Source: an uncultured Verrucomicrobiae bacterium
GTDB lineage: Bacteria > Verrucomicrobiota > Verrucomicrobiia > Limisphaerales > Palsa-1400
NCBI GenBank assembly: GCA_963764165.1
Contig: CAVXRD010000001.1
Location: 1,248,001 to 1,312,000, forward strand
DNA: 64,000 nt
Direction of reading: 5' to 3'
In this document: in pieces, positions 37,601-45,181 of the stretch
How positions within the stretch are numbered: the stretch's first letter is position 1
How the letters are laid out: the number at the start of each line of letters is the position of its first letter
Position numbers and translations under genes: made by a program
The notes under the pieces: model-generated
What the model was told of the DNA's origin: nothing
Databases searched by the model: none
Seen by the model: only the letters and a program-made list of their open reading frames with translations

Positions 37601-39178
37601 GGTGCAAGCTCCACTTCCGCGCCGGTCACCATCACGGTGAGCGCGGGCAGCGGACTTCCTTACGGGTTGACCAGCAACGCGAAGGTGAATGCGTTCCTCA
37701 ACATGCCTTCCGCGAACAATGGGTTGGTGCCTGCTTTGCTTTCGGAAACCGGCGTCTTTAGCAACACCGCCGGCCGTGCTCCGGCCGCCGGACTGATTCC
37801 CTACGCGCCGAATGCGCCACAGTGGAAGGACAATGCGACAAGCAGTTGGCTGATGGCCGTGCCGAACAATGGCGGAGTGATCACCCCAGCGGAACAGATT
37901 CAATTTCAAGCTACCAATCCATGGACATTTCCCTCCGGCAGCGTTTTTGTGAAGAATTTTGACCTCCTCGTCAACGAAACCAACTCCACCGTGCGCCGCC
38001 TGGAAACTGAGATACTGGTGCGCGACAACAACGGTTCCGTTTATGGCGTGAACTATAAGTGGCGGCCTGATAACAGTGACGCGGATTTGCTTTCGGCTAG
38101 CCTGTCGGAAAACATTTTGATCACAAATGCGGCGGGCGTGCGAACGCAAAATTGGTATTACGCAAGCTCTTCGGATTGCATGGAGTGCCACAACTCTCCC
38201 GTCGCTGGAAGCTTGACCGGCATTAACGTTTTAGGAATTAGCACGCGCCAGTTAAACGGCAGCATGACCTATCCCGCCACAGGCGTCACCGACAATCAAT
38301 TGCGCACGCTGAACAGACTTGGGCTATTCAACCCCGCGATCAACGAGTCAGCCATTGCGAGCTATACGAATCTTTCGGCGATAACGAATTTGGCCGCATC
38401 CGCTGAGCAGCGAGTGCGCTCCTATCTGGACGCCAATTGCGCCGAGTGCCATCAACCCGGCGGACAAGGCATCACCTGGGATGCGCGTTACAACACGCCG
38501 CTGGCCCAGCAGAACATCACGAATTATCCCGCCGCCTTCCCGCTCGGCATCTCGGATGGGGCGTGCGTCGTGAAGGACAAGGATATATGGCGATCCGTGC
38601 TTGTGTCGCGAATCGACACGACCAATCAAGATATTCAGATGCCGGATTTCCGCAACCTGATCGATACTAACGCCGTCGCGTTGATCACCGAGTGGATTAA
38701 CAGCCTGCCTGGCATTCCGGCGCTGGCGCCTCCCGCCATCACGCCAGACGGCGGAAGTTTCGTATCTTCGGTGGCCGTCGCGCTGACTCCGCCCGATAAC
38801 AACGCCATCATTTATTATACATTGGACGGATCTCTGCCCACGACGAATTCGCTGCGCTACACCGGACCCTTCGAATTGTTTAGCGACACCACCCTGTCCG
38901 CGAGCGCCTTTGAGGCCAATTACAACACCGGCGCGGCAAACAGCGCATTATTCCTTGTCCAGCCGCTTTATTTCGCGGGTTTGAGCTTTCTCAGCAACGG
39001 GGAGGTTCAGCTTGGGGTGATTGGCGCGGCAGGGAGCAATTATGTATTGCAGTCTTCCACGAACCTTATCGACTGGGCCACTGTGGGAACCAATACCGCG
39101 CAGTCCAACTCCTTTTACATGGTAGCCCCCGTGACCACCAACTTCCCTGCGCACTTTTACCGCGTCATCCAACAATGA
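31670..39178 (+). CDS. Giant (~2500 aa) secreted multidomain protein: 3 LamG, Ig/Big, PQQ-like propeller, FN3-associated, PA14 and diheme c domains
   Basis: Signal ending ALSA-Q; IDELRIW and IDDVRLY (LamG); YQWQKNG (Ig); TYHNDNARSG; ADDGVRLYVNG (PA14); CMECH and CAECH; tail QSSTNLIDW...FYRV. Confidence 0.85.
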   Translation: MILIVVLRRCVAASVFFAISALIGLLSPRALSAQTLQHRYSFANNASDTVGAANGTLIGNAYITNGSLVLPGGGDSDNPEGYVSLPNGLVSNCASITVECWLTDIEGSVWAEAWCFGNSAAGPGQPPTGGTAYISLIPHSGANDFRGAFNLTGGDEVDVISPNSPMPLNVEEYAVLTYDLASATARLYLNGVQLASAAIPTNLSPANYGNTFNNWLGRDEFGGDPMFAGSIDELRIWSGAVSPLYIAVSAMAGPNVLVTNLTPNRVSISVNSTNMAASQNQQAVVSANFLQASNVPVTASATNWTSSNPNILTVSGNGVITAVSVGTATISAMLNGIKGTSPAITVVHTNRAAAITVAYWQFNNSANLGLDSGSFGNTLTAASGSPVYSSAGLFGGALYLDGASTMTTLSGAFPAAVPVGANPYTIAVWEKTDSGNPVDGGFVSWGSANQGNCNALRLSDSSDNPDSVDNYWWSNDFYVDGLADNPGDGNWHSIVATWDGTNQILYVDGSNVGARAPTPPNVQGTAFLVGQTVGDNNQFKGWIEDLLIASAALAPADIAIYQTGSWLSTSPAMPQLPTASPSNSVFAGTTVTLGASVAGAAPFQYQWQKNGTNISAATAAALVLSNTAASDSGTYDMIAGNYYGTNTSPALVLTVTLLTNLNPLSVSVVVTNTTMAVGQTQQAAVTENLLQVSNYPATASATNWTSSKPSVLSVSSNGLITAIGAGNATISATVHGVTGTSSSLIVSPLPPPIAYYPLDGDVLDYSGNGNNGVNSGATFVSPAYISSEAAAFNGNSYIQIPESIGTTGNGFTISMWVQTADTAGGPNWYSGEGLVDGEVAGVTTDFGTALVGGSFALGIGQPDTTLASTNLINDGNWHYLAATWNMTNGAMNVYVDGALGASGIGPTGPRVAPPNLRIGSIQTGVGGGFLNGAIDDVRLYNTEFSAKQIAALLGSYSAAPQVGVPFASPSNTVYAGTPISLKANVVGTPPYQYQWQKNGSDIPAATSAALTFSNAVVTNSGSYDVVVANASGTTISPTLAVTISPASKPIFAGEPTPANSTNYVGGLLTLSASVNGTLPIQLQWQQNGVNIPNAAGNTLTLVSLQTNAAGTYTLVASNPIGIVTSAPAEVIVLPQPNPATQNMVTYHNDNARSGADTNEVLLTLANVNVSTFGRLLQYVTDGLVIAQPLYVSGMVIPGLGAHNVVFAATENNTVYAFDADSNSGSNGGIIWKTNLGLAVSSFVDEFGNRGTGSYYPDIDPVVGITGTPVIDLASGTLYVDVHTREIGIATNYFHRIHAINITNGTERSYSPAAVTNSVTGVGIDSSNGIVRFNAKQHLQRPGLMLAGGNLYVAFGSYADTDPYHGWVVGFNASNLQSSANNVFCTTPNASTAVFGINAAEGGLWMGGDGPCADSSNNLYFVTGNGSFSASTNGGDYGDSFVKLSTTSNSMAIADYFTPYNQAAMAANDTDLGSGGAILLPDSVGSATHPHLMIGCGKDGTLRLVDRDNMGHFNPANDNQVVQEVPGAIAGSWSTPAYFNNQIYFQGNSDVMRAFFISNAVITPTPVSKSMVTFGGFASGGTPCISANGTNNAIVWALQSDGSGTGGAAILHAFNATNLAQELYNSGQNFPRDNPGSAIIMTTPTVVNGKVIVGTQYALSVYGNSVFVATPMISPAGGLFTNSTLVTLSDATPNASIYYTLDGTPPTTNSRAYTGPFNLTVSANVQAMAVIPGAVNSGVASASFINNAATGNGIGLLGQYFGNHTSANPFSGTPALVETNSTINFNWGMTGPNPAVGATNFTVRWTGSLEPQYSELYTFTTTADDGVRLYVNGQLLINDWFDKTSATTNSASMEMTAQQYYNLELDYYQKTNNASVSLSWSSPSTPIAIIPETQLFPFSNPPPAVVVTSPANGATNFTATASVTVSAEADATYNPITNVSFYANGNLLGSSANLPYTITATGMPAGNYVLAAVATDGSGASSTSAPVTITVSAGSGLPYGLTSNAKVNAFLNMPSANNGLVPALLSETGVFSNTAGRAPAAGLIPYAPNAPQWKDNATSSWLMAVPNNGGVITPAEQIQFQATNPWTFPSGSVFVKNFDLLVNETNSTVRRLETEILVRDNNGSVYGVNYKWRPDNSDADLLSASLSENILITNAAGVRTQNWYYASSSDCMECHNSPVAGSLTGINVLGISTRQLNGSMTYPATGVTDNQLRTLNRLGLFNPAINESAIASYTNLSAITNLAASAEQRVRSYLDANCAECHQPGGQGITWDARYNTPLAQQNITNYPAAFPLGISDGACVVKDKDIWRSVLVSRIDTTNQDIQMPDFRNLIDTNAVALITEWINSLPGIPALAPPAITPDGGSFVSSVAVALTPPDNNAIIYYTLDGSLPTTNSLRYTGPFELFSDTTLSASAFEANYNTGAANSALFLVQPLYFAGLSFLSNGEVQLGVIGAAGSNYVLQSSTNLIDWATVGTNTAQSNSFYMVAPVTTNFPAHFYRVIQQ

Positions 39179-39711
39179 AGCCCGGCCTTCGATTTTTCAA
39201 GGCCGCGCCCGCAGCCGCCCTGCTCTGGTGCGCGGCGTTTGGCGCAAGCGCCCAGACCAATGCGCCCTCCCGTGAAAACAGCCAGACAGCCGAAATACGC
39301 TCTGAAAAAATCAGGGCGGATTGCATCCAAAGCCGCCGCCTGATCTGCGGCAAGATACTTAAAGTGCTGCCAGAGGGCTTGGTTGTTGAAAGCGGCTACA
39401 CTGACCTTCAGCGTCCGACCTTGGGCTCGTCATGGCTTGTGCCCGGAAGCGTCAGCACCCGCCGGTCACCCGATCTGGTCGAAAGCGCGGTGCCGGGTTC
39501 GCCATGCATTGGAACTGTATTGCTGACCGATCTGCCTCGCCTTAAGAGGGGCTCGCCCCGGCCAAAGCCGTTCGATTATGTTGTGTTGCTGGGTTATCCG
39601 TCCGGGCAGCGCACATATAATTCCGTTGGCAGCGTTCAAAAAACTGTCCGCTCTTTTTCCGCGACGCTGGCCAAGGCTGTCGCCGTTAATTTCCAAACCG
39701 CCACCAACTAA
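39175..39711 (+). CDS. Secreted hypothetical protein
   Basis: Signal ending ASA-Q; ATGA overlap with the upstream gene. Confidence 0.7.
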   Translation: MKPGLRFFKAAPAAALLWCAAFGASAQTNAPSRENSQTAEIRSEKIRADCIQSRRLICGKILKVLPEGLVVESGYTDLQRPTLGSSWLVPGSVSTRRSPDLVESAVPGSPCIGTVLLTDLPRLKRGSPRPKPFDYVVLLGYPSGQRTYNSVGSVQKTVRSFSATLAKAVAVNFQTATN

Positions 39712-41789
39712 AAGTTAATGGCAACAGGGGCGCCGGCCGGTTTTTGCCCCGGAATTGGATCGGAAGAGGCCGATTCCGTTTCGACTACCGTGGCCAGTAT
39801 CTGGCCGAAGCCGTTCGAGTAGGTGAACTGCGATGCTGAAGTCCAGTCCAGCCCAAGCGAATTTGCCAGCGCAGTGGCCACTTGGCGGATCGTCGAGCCG
39901 GAGCCCGTCACCTGCATGATATAATTGCTGCATGAAATGAAACTGCTGGTTTCATTGACATAACAGACATCATCCACAAAGCCCGGCATGTTGACCACGA
40001 TGAGCCGCGGCGTATATCCTTGGTTGGTCAGAACGGTGCTGGCCAGGATCATGTAGTCGTAGGGCATGACAGCGCGGTAGAATTGAAAATTCCCTCCATT
40101 GCTGAAGGAAATCGGCACCTGTTGGTAAGCGGGCGCATAAGCCAGGCTCAGCAAGTTTGGGGTTTGCGACGATTGATTGCTCTGCGTCTCGTCGCTGGCG
40201 TTTGTCAGCGTGATATTGGTAATCGTCTCCCAACTCGTAACCGAAGTGAGATTGGTGGTTCCTTGGATCATGAAGGTTGCCCCCGCCGTGGCGGCCAGAT
40301 TGAGGTTTGGCATTCCCTGGGACAGCGTCATATTGAGAAACGGCGGAATGCCCCACACATTGGTGGCTGGAGTCGAAGTTCCAGCCAGGTTAGTATTGCT
40401 GCCGCTGTTGTGGGAAACTAGCGAGGTTGCGTTTTTCGTCGAACCGCCAAGTGATGATGGACTTGGCGGGCCGCCATGAACATCGGCAGCGCCCGGGGGT
40501 GCGGCCGCAGTTACAAATCCGAAGACGTTTCCCACCGCCGCGCCGTTTGCATTGGAAGCCACCACCGCATAGAAATACTGTGTGCCCGGACTCAATCCAG
40601 TCAAGTTGTTGCTGATATAGTATCCGCCTAGTTCCGATGGCAGCGCTGCCGCGAGGTTCGTGATGCCCAAGCTAACTGTCGTTCCCCAGGCAAAGCTAAC
40701 CGTGGTGGCCGCGTTTTTGGGATAAACCAGGCCGTTGAGAGTCGCGGAGGTGCTCGTCACGTTGCTTGCAAAGAGCGTCCCAACCACGGGCGCGGTCGTC
40801 GTTATGAAACCGAATATGTTTCCCACCACCACCCCATTTGCATTGGAAGCCACCACCGCATAGAAATACTGTGTGCCTGGATTCAATCCGGTCAAGGTGT
40901 TGCTTACATAGTATCCGCCTAGTTCCGATGGCAGTGTGGCCGCGAGGTTCGTGCTCCCCAAGTTAACGGTCGTACCCCAGGCAAAGCTAACCGTGGTGGC
41001 CGCGTTTTTGGGATAAACCAGGCCGTTGAGAGTCGCGGAGGCGCCCGTCACGTTGCTCGCAAACAGCGTCCCGACCACAGGCGCGATCGTCGTTGTGAAA
41101 TTGGATATGTTTCCTACCGCCACCCCATTTGCATTGGAAGCCACCACCGCATAGAAATACTCTGTGCCCTGACTCAATCCGGTCAATCTGTTGCTTACAT
41201 TGTATCCGACGAGTCCCGATGGCAGCGTCGCCGCAAGGTTCGTGTTCCCGAAGCTATCGTTCGTTCCCCAGGCAAAGCTAACCGTGGTCGCCGCGGTCTG
41301 CGGATAAACCAGGCTGTTGAGAGTCGCGGAGGTGGGCATTATGTTGCTTGCAAACAGCGTGGAGGCGACTGGCGGAATCGCTGTCGTGGAACCGGAGACG
41401 GCTCCCCCGACACCATTTGAATTAGAACCCGCGGCTCCATTTGAATTAGATCCGGCGACACCGTTTGCGTACGATCCCGCCACGCCATTGGTGCAGCGAA
41501 CTTCGCTGCAAAACCCACTGACGGCTCCGGATTGCACAACAGCCTGAACCGCAATAAAATACACTTGATTTGTCACCAAACCGGTGAGCGTGGCGTTGGT
41601 TTGGCTGCTTGGATACGTGTTGGTAAAAGCATAAACGCCGCTGCCAGTCCCCCAACATACATTATAGGCCGTCACACCCGGCGTCAGCGACGGGCTCCAC
41701 GACAAAGTGATCTGTCCGAAACACGAACAGCACTGGCCGCTCATCCACAAGAGGGCCGTCAAAATTAATCTGGCGATTAGTGGCCTCAT
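39708..41789 (-). CDS. Secreted fibronectin type III domain protein with three 97-aa repeats
   Basis: ITLSWSPS...YNVCWG; three copies of SATLNGLVYP...GLxPGTQYFYAVVASN. Confidence 0.8.
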   Translation of the reverse strand: MRPLIARLILTALLWMSGQCCSCFGQITLSWSPSLTPGVTAYNVCWGTGSGVYAFTNTYPSSQTNATLTGLVTNQVYFIAVQAVVQSGAVSGFCSEVRCTNGVAGSYANGVAGSNSNGAAGSNSNGVGGAVSGSTTAIPPVASTLFASNIMPTSATLNSLVYPQTAATTVSFAWGTNDSFGNTNLAATLPSGLVGYNVSNRLTGLSQGTEYFYAVVASNANGVAVGNISNFTTTIAPVVGTLFASNVTGASATLNGLVYPKNAATTVSFAWGTTVNLGSTNLAATLPSELGGYYVSNTLTGLNPGTQYFYAVVASNANGVVVGNIFGFITTTAPVVGTLFASNVTSTSATLNGLVYPKNAATTVSFAWGTTVSLGITNLAAALPSELGGYYISNNLTGLSPGTQYFYAVVASNANGAAVGNVFGFVTAAAPPGAADVHGGPPSPSSLGGSTKNATSLVSHNSGSNTNLAGTSTPATNVWGIPPFLNMTLSQGMPNLNLAATAGATFMIQGTTNLTSVTSWETITNITLTNASDETQSNQSSQTPNLLSLAYAPAYQQVPISFSNGGNFQFYRAVMPYDYMILASTVLTNQGYTPRLIVVNMPGFVDDVCYVNETSSFISCSNYIMQVTGSGSTIRQVATALANSLGLDWTSASQFTYSNGFGQILATVVETESASSDPIPGQKPAGAPVAINF
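40510..41380. repeat. Three intragenic 291-bp tandem repeats
   Basis: gcattggaagccaccaccgcatagaaatac at 40549, 40840 and 41131. Confidence 0.9.
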
Positions 41790-41982
41790 TTCAATCAATC
41801 AAACAATAAGCCTAGCAGGCAATCAAAACAAGAGTCAACAAAAATCAACATAAAATTGCCCAACACGGCATAGAAAAACTGCTTTGCAAATGAAGAATTG
41901 CGCAAAGCGCATTTGAGCATCAGCACAAGCCGCCGGCAGCATGGCGAGCCACAGCCGGCTGAACCACCCACTCGCGACCCCA

Positions 41983-43074
41983 CTAAAAGTTAATAATAAT
42001 CGGAGGGCCCGGCGGGCTTTGTCCTGGGATCGGATCGGAAGAAGCCGGCTCGGTTTCGACGACCGTAGCCAGAATCTGGCCGTAACCGTTCGAATAGATG
42101 AACTGGGAGGCGGAAGTCCAGTCCTGATTCAACGAACCTGCCAGCGACATGGCAATCTGGCGAATGGTTGAGCCGGAACCCGTCACCTGCATGTTATAAT
42201 TGCTGCAGGAAATGAAACTGCTCGTTTCATTAACATAACAGACGTCGTCAACAAAGCCCGGCATGTTGACGACAATCAGGCGCGGCGTGTACCCCTGATT
42301 GGTCAGGACGGTGCTGGCCAGAATCATGTAGTCGTAGGGCATGACAGCGCGAAAGTACTGCTGCCGCCTTGAATTGCTGAAGGAAACCGGTATCTCCTGC
42401 AGAGCGGGCGCATAAGCCATGTTCAGCAGTCCCTGGGCTTGCGATGATTGATTGCTCTGGGCTTCCTTGATTGCGTTCGTCAAAACCACATTCGTGACCG
42501 TCTCCCAGCTCGTTTGCGACGAGAGATTAGTCGTGCTCTGAATCGTGAACGCCGCTCCAACGGTTCCGGCAAGATTCAGGCTCGTCTCTCCTCCCTGGGA
42601 CTTTGCCATGATTAGGAACGGCGGAATGCCCCAAACATTGGTGGCCGGCAAGGAGGCTCCGGCAAGGTTGCTGTTGCTGCCGCTGTTGGTTGAACCAGCT
42701 GAGTTAGGCGCGTTAGTGGATGTGGATGAAAATGAGGGGCTCGGAGGGCCGCCAGGCGAGACGGACGGGCTGTTGGTAAAAACTGCTTCGTTGGAGAAGT
42801 CGCTGACAGTCCCGTCCGCCAAAACAGACTGCACCGCAATAAAACACACCTGGTTCTCAGGAAGGTTGGTAACGGACACGGTTGTCTGCGAGCTGGGATA
42901 GGTGTTGGTAAACGCATAAACGCCACTGCTCGCACCCCAGCAAACATTATACGCGCTCACGCCTGGAGTTTCCGATGGGTTCCAGGCAAGGGTTACTTGC
43001 CCGTAGCAAGCTGCGAACGGAGCGGTGGCCCACAAGATCGCGATCACGCCTGATCTAACAACGAGTGGCCTCAT
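41983..43074 (-). CDS. Secreted FN3 protein, tandem paralog of 39708-41789 lacking the repeats
   Basis: Shares the N-terminal FN3 and the C-terminal YDYMILASTVLTNQGYTPRLIVVNMPGFVDDVCYVNETSSFISCSNY. Confidence 0.8.
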   Translation of the reverse strand: MRPLVVRSGVIAILWATAPFAACYGQVTLAWNPSETPGVSAYNVCWGASSGVYAFTNTYPSSQTTVSVTNLPENQVCFIAVQSVLADGTVSDFSNEAVFTNSPSVSPGGPPSPSFSSTSTNAPNSAGSTNSGSNSNLAGASLPATNVWGIPPFLIMAKSQGGETSLNLAGTVGAAFTIQSTTNLSSQTSWETVTNVVLTNAIKEAQSNQSSQAQGLLNMAYAPALQEIPVSFSNSRRQQYFRAVMPYDYMILASTVLTNQGYTPRLIVVNMPGFVDDVCYVNETSSFISCSNYNMQVTGSGSTIRQIAMSLAGSLNQDWTSASQFIYSNGYGQILATVVETEPASSDPIPGQSPPGPPIIINF

Positions 43075-43346
43075 TTGAATCAAACACACAGCAAGCGTAG
43101 CCTGGCATGGCGCTCAGAGTCAACGTTTTTCGGCGCAAAATCGCGCCAGCAAGGTTCGAAACGCCTGCGCCGTCACCGGATGCCCCTTGTGATAAAATGG
43201 AAAGGGAACTGCCACATGAATTGGCCCAATCATGTCAATGAAAGTCTCGCAAATGTCCCATATGTGAGAGACCGTCGGGGGATGCCAATGGCATCCTAAT
43301 TCGCGAAAGCGCCCAATTTGAATCAGAAGCACATAAATTTACGCCG

Positions 43347-44498
43347 ATGAAGGATGCGATTGAAAAGCGACTGGTGGGACTTTTCCTTCTGATGCTGCTC
43401 ATCATTGCCGGGATGGCATGGATTTCCATCGACAACATCAAGCGCTCGAAGGACAAAACGGACTGGGTCAACCATGTTCATGCGGTGATCCTGGACGTCG
43501 ACAACATTTCTTCTTTCCTTCACGCCGGCGATGCCGCCATGAGCCAGTATTTGATAAGCGGAGACGGGAGAGACCAGGCCAATTACCGCACGTCATACAA
43601 GGCCATGTCCGAATGCCTCGAAGATGCCATAGCTTTGACCCGCTCGGATCCGTCCGAAGAAGGCCAGCAGAATGGCATTCTAAACCTGAAAAAATTGATC
43701 CAGAAGCACATCGATTTTACAAGAGAGCTTGTCCAAGCCCGCCAGAAGAGCGGAGTCGAGGGCGCCCGGCAAATCATGCTGACCCATCCAGACGGCGAAT
43801 CCACCAGTGATTTTGACCGGCAAAGCGCCTCAATCAATAACCTTGAAAAATCACTGCTGAAAACACGGGACACAGACGCCGTGCGCCAGGAGCAAAATAC
43901 GAAACACATCATAACGGCTGGTGTCTTCGTCAATGTGGCGCTGCTCGCCATCGCAAGCGTTTTGCTCCGCGATGATCTCCGGTCGCGCCGTCTCGCCGCC
44001 TCAGCCTTGGCAGAGGCGAACGCGCACCTTGAAGCGAAGGTTCAGGAGCGCACCGCCGAATTGGTTGAATCCAACCAGACACTTAAGAAGGAGAACCTGG
44101 AGCGCCGCTGGTCCAGCCAGGCCCTGGAACACCAGCTCCGCTACAATCAGTTAATTGTCAATTCCATCAGCGAAATGGTGTTCGTCATCAGCAAGGCCCT
44201 GAACATAAGCCGCGTCAATCCGGCAGTGACGCATCTGACGCAATGGGAGCCGCAGGATCTCATTTCCCAGTCTTTGGAGCGAGTGCTGAAACTGCCGCCT
44301 GGCGGGCCCGCCAATCCGCTCACGACCGCCTTGGACGGCGGCCGCGAACTGCAGGGGAGGCCCGCTTCCGTCCTTACGAAGTCCGGCGCCAGCATTCAAG
44401 TGCATTTCAATCTGATTCCCTTGCGTGATGACAATAAAGTGGTGGGAGGCGTGGTCACGGTCAGAACTGGCAGCGGCGCCGCGGCAAATGCGCCATGA
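43347..44498 (+). CDS. CHASE3 plus PAS membrane sensor without a kinase domain
   Basis: TM, WVNH...YLISGD (CHASE3), TM, LEAKVQERTAEL, PAS ending VVGGVVTVR. Confidence 0.8.
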   Translation: MKDAIEKRLVGLFLLMLLIIAGMAWISIDNIKRSKDKTDWVNHVHAVILDVDNISSFLHAGDAAMSQYLISGDGRDQANYRTSYKAMSECLEDAIALTRSDPSEEGQQNGILNLKKLIQKHIDFTRELVQARQKSGVEGARQIMLTHPDGESTSDFDRQSASINNLEKSLLKTRDTDAVRQEQNTKHIITAGVFVNVALLAIASVLLRDDLRSRRLAASALAEANAHLEAKVQERTAELVESNQTLKKENLERRWSSQALEHQLRYNQLIVNSISEMVFVISKALNISRVNPAVTHLTQWEPQDLISQSLERVLKLPPGGPANPLTTALDGGRELQGRPASVLTKSGASIQVHFNLIPLRDDNKVVGGVVTVRTGSGAAANAP

Positions 44499-44896
44499 CC
44501 GGCCCTAGCTCCCACAGCTCAATACCCATGAAAAAGCACATTCTCTCGGTCGATGACGAAAAAGACATCCGCGAATTACTGCAAGAAAGCTTGACGATGA
44601 TGGGCTACCGAGTGAGCACGGCTGCCACTGCCGAGAGCGCCAAGAAAATTGCCCAGGCGGACCGGCCGGACCTGATCATCCTGGATTTTCAGATCGCGGA
44701 AAGCGATGGCTCGATTCTGATTGACGAATTTCGGAAGCTATATCCCGAAGTGCCCCTCATGCTCTTGACCGGCGCGGTGTTCGGAACGGAGGCTGTCCGG
44801 GAGACTATTTTGACGAGAGTAGCCAGCTATTTGGACAAAACGAGATCCCTTTCTGATATTTTCAACGAAGTCCAACGCCTCATTGGCAGCCCGTGA
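44495..44896 (+). CDS. Single-domain response regulator
   Basis: ILSVDDE, PDLIILD, LLTG, YLDK. Confidence 0.88.
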   Translation: MTGPSSHSSIPMKKHILSVDDEKDIRELLQESLTMMGYRVSTAATAESAKKIAQADRPDLIILDFQIAESDGSILIDEFRKLYPEVPLMLLTGAVFGTEAVRETILTRVASYLDKTRSLSDIFNEVQRLIGSP

Positions 44897-45181
44897 TGAA
44901 CGGAGTGCGGTTTGGAAAGCGGTGTGGGTTGCTCGCGGCTTAAAGAGACGACACCAAAAAGACAGCCGCGCATATAAACATGTTGCTGGCCCTTCCGAGG
45001 CTGGCAAGGCCAGAGCCTCAAAATCCGCTATGACGCCGATGCCTTCTTCATATCGCTAATTCTATTGTCGCGCCGCGATGTTCTGGTAGGATTGAGGTTT
45101 CTATAATAATTAAATTAGAGCCCAAAGTTTTTCACTGCTTGTGCCAGCATTCAACATCTCGGATATGATTGAGGGATTTGC

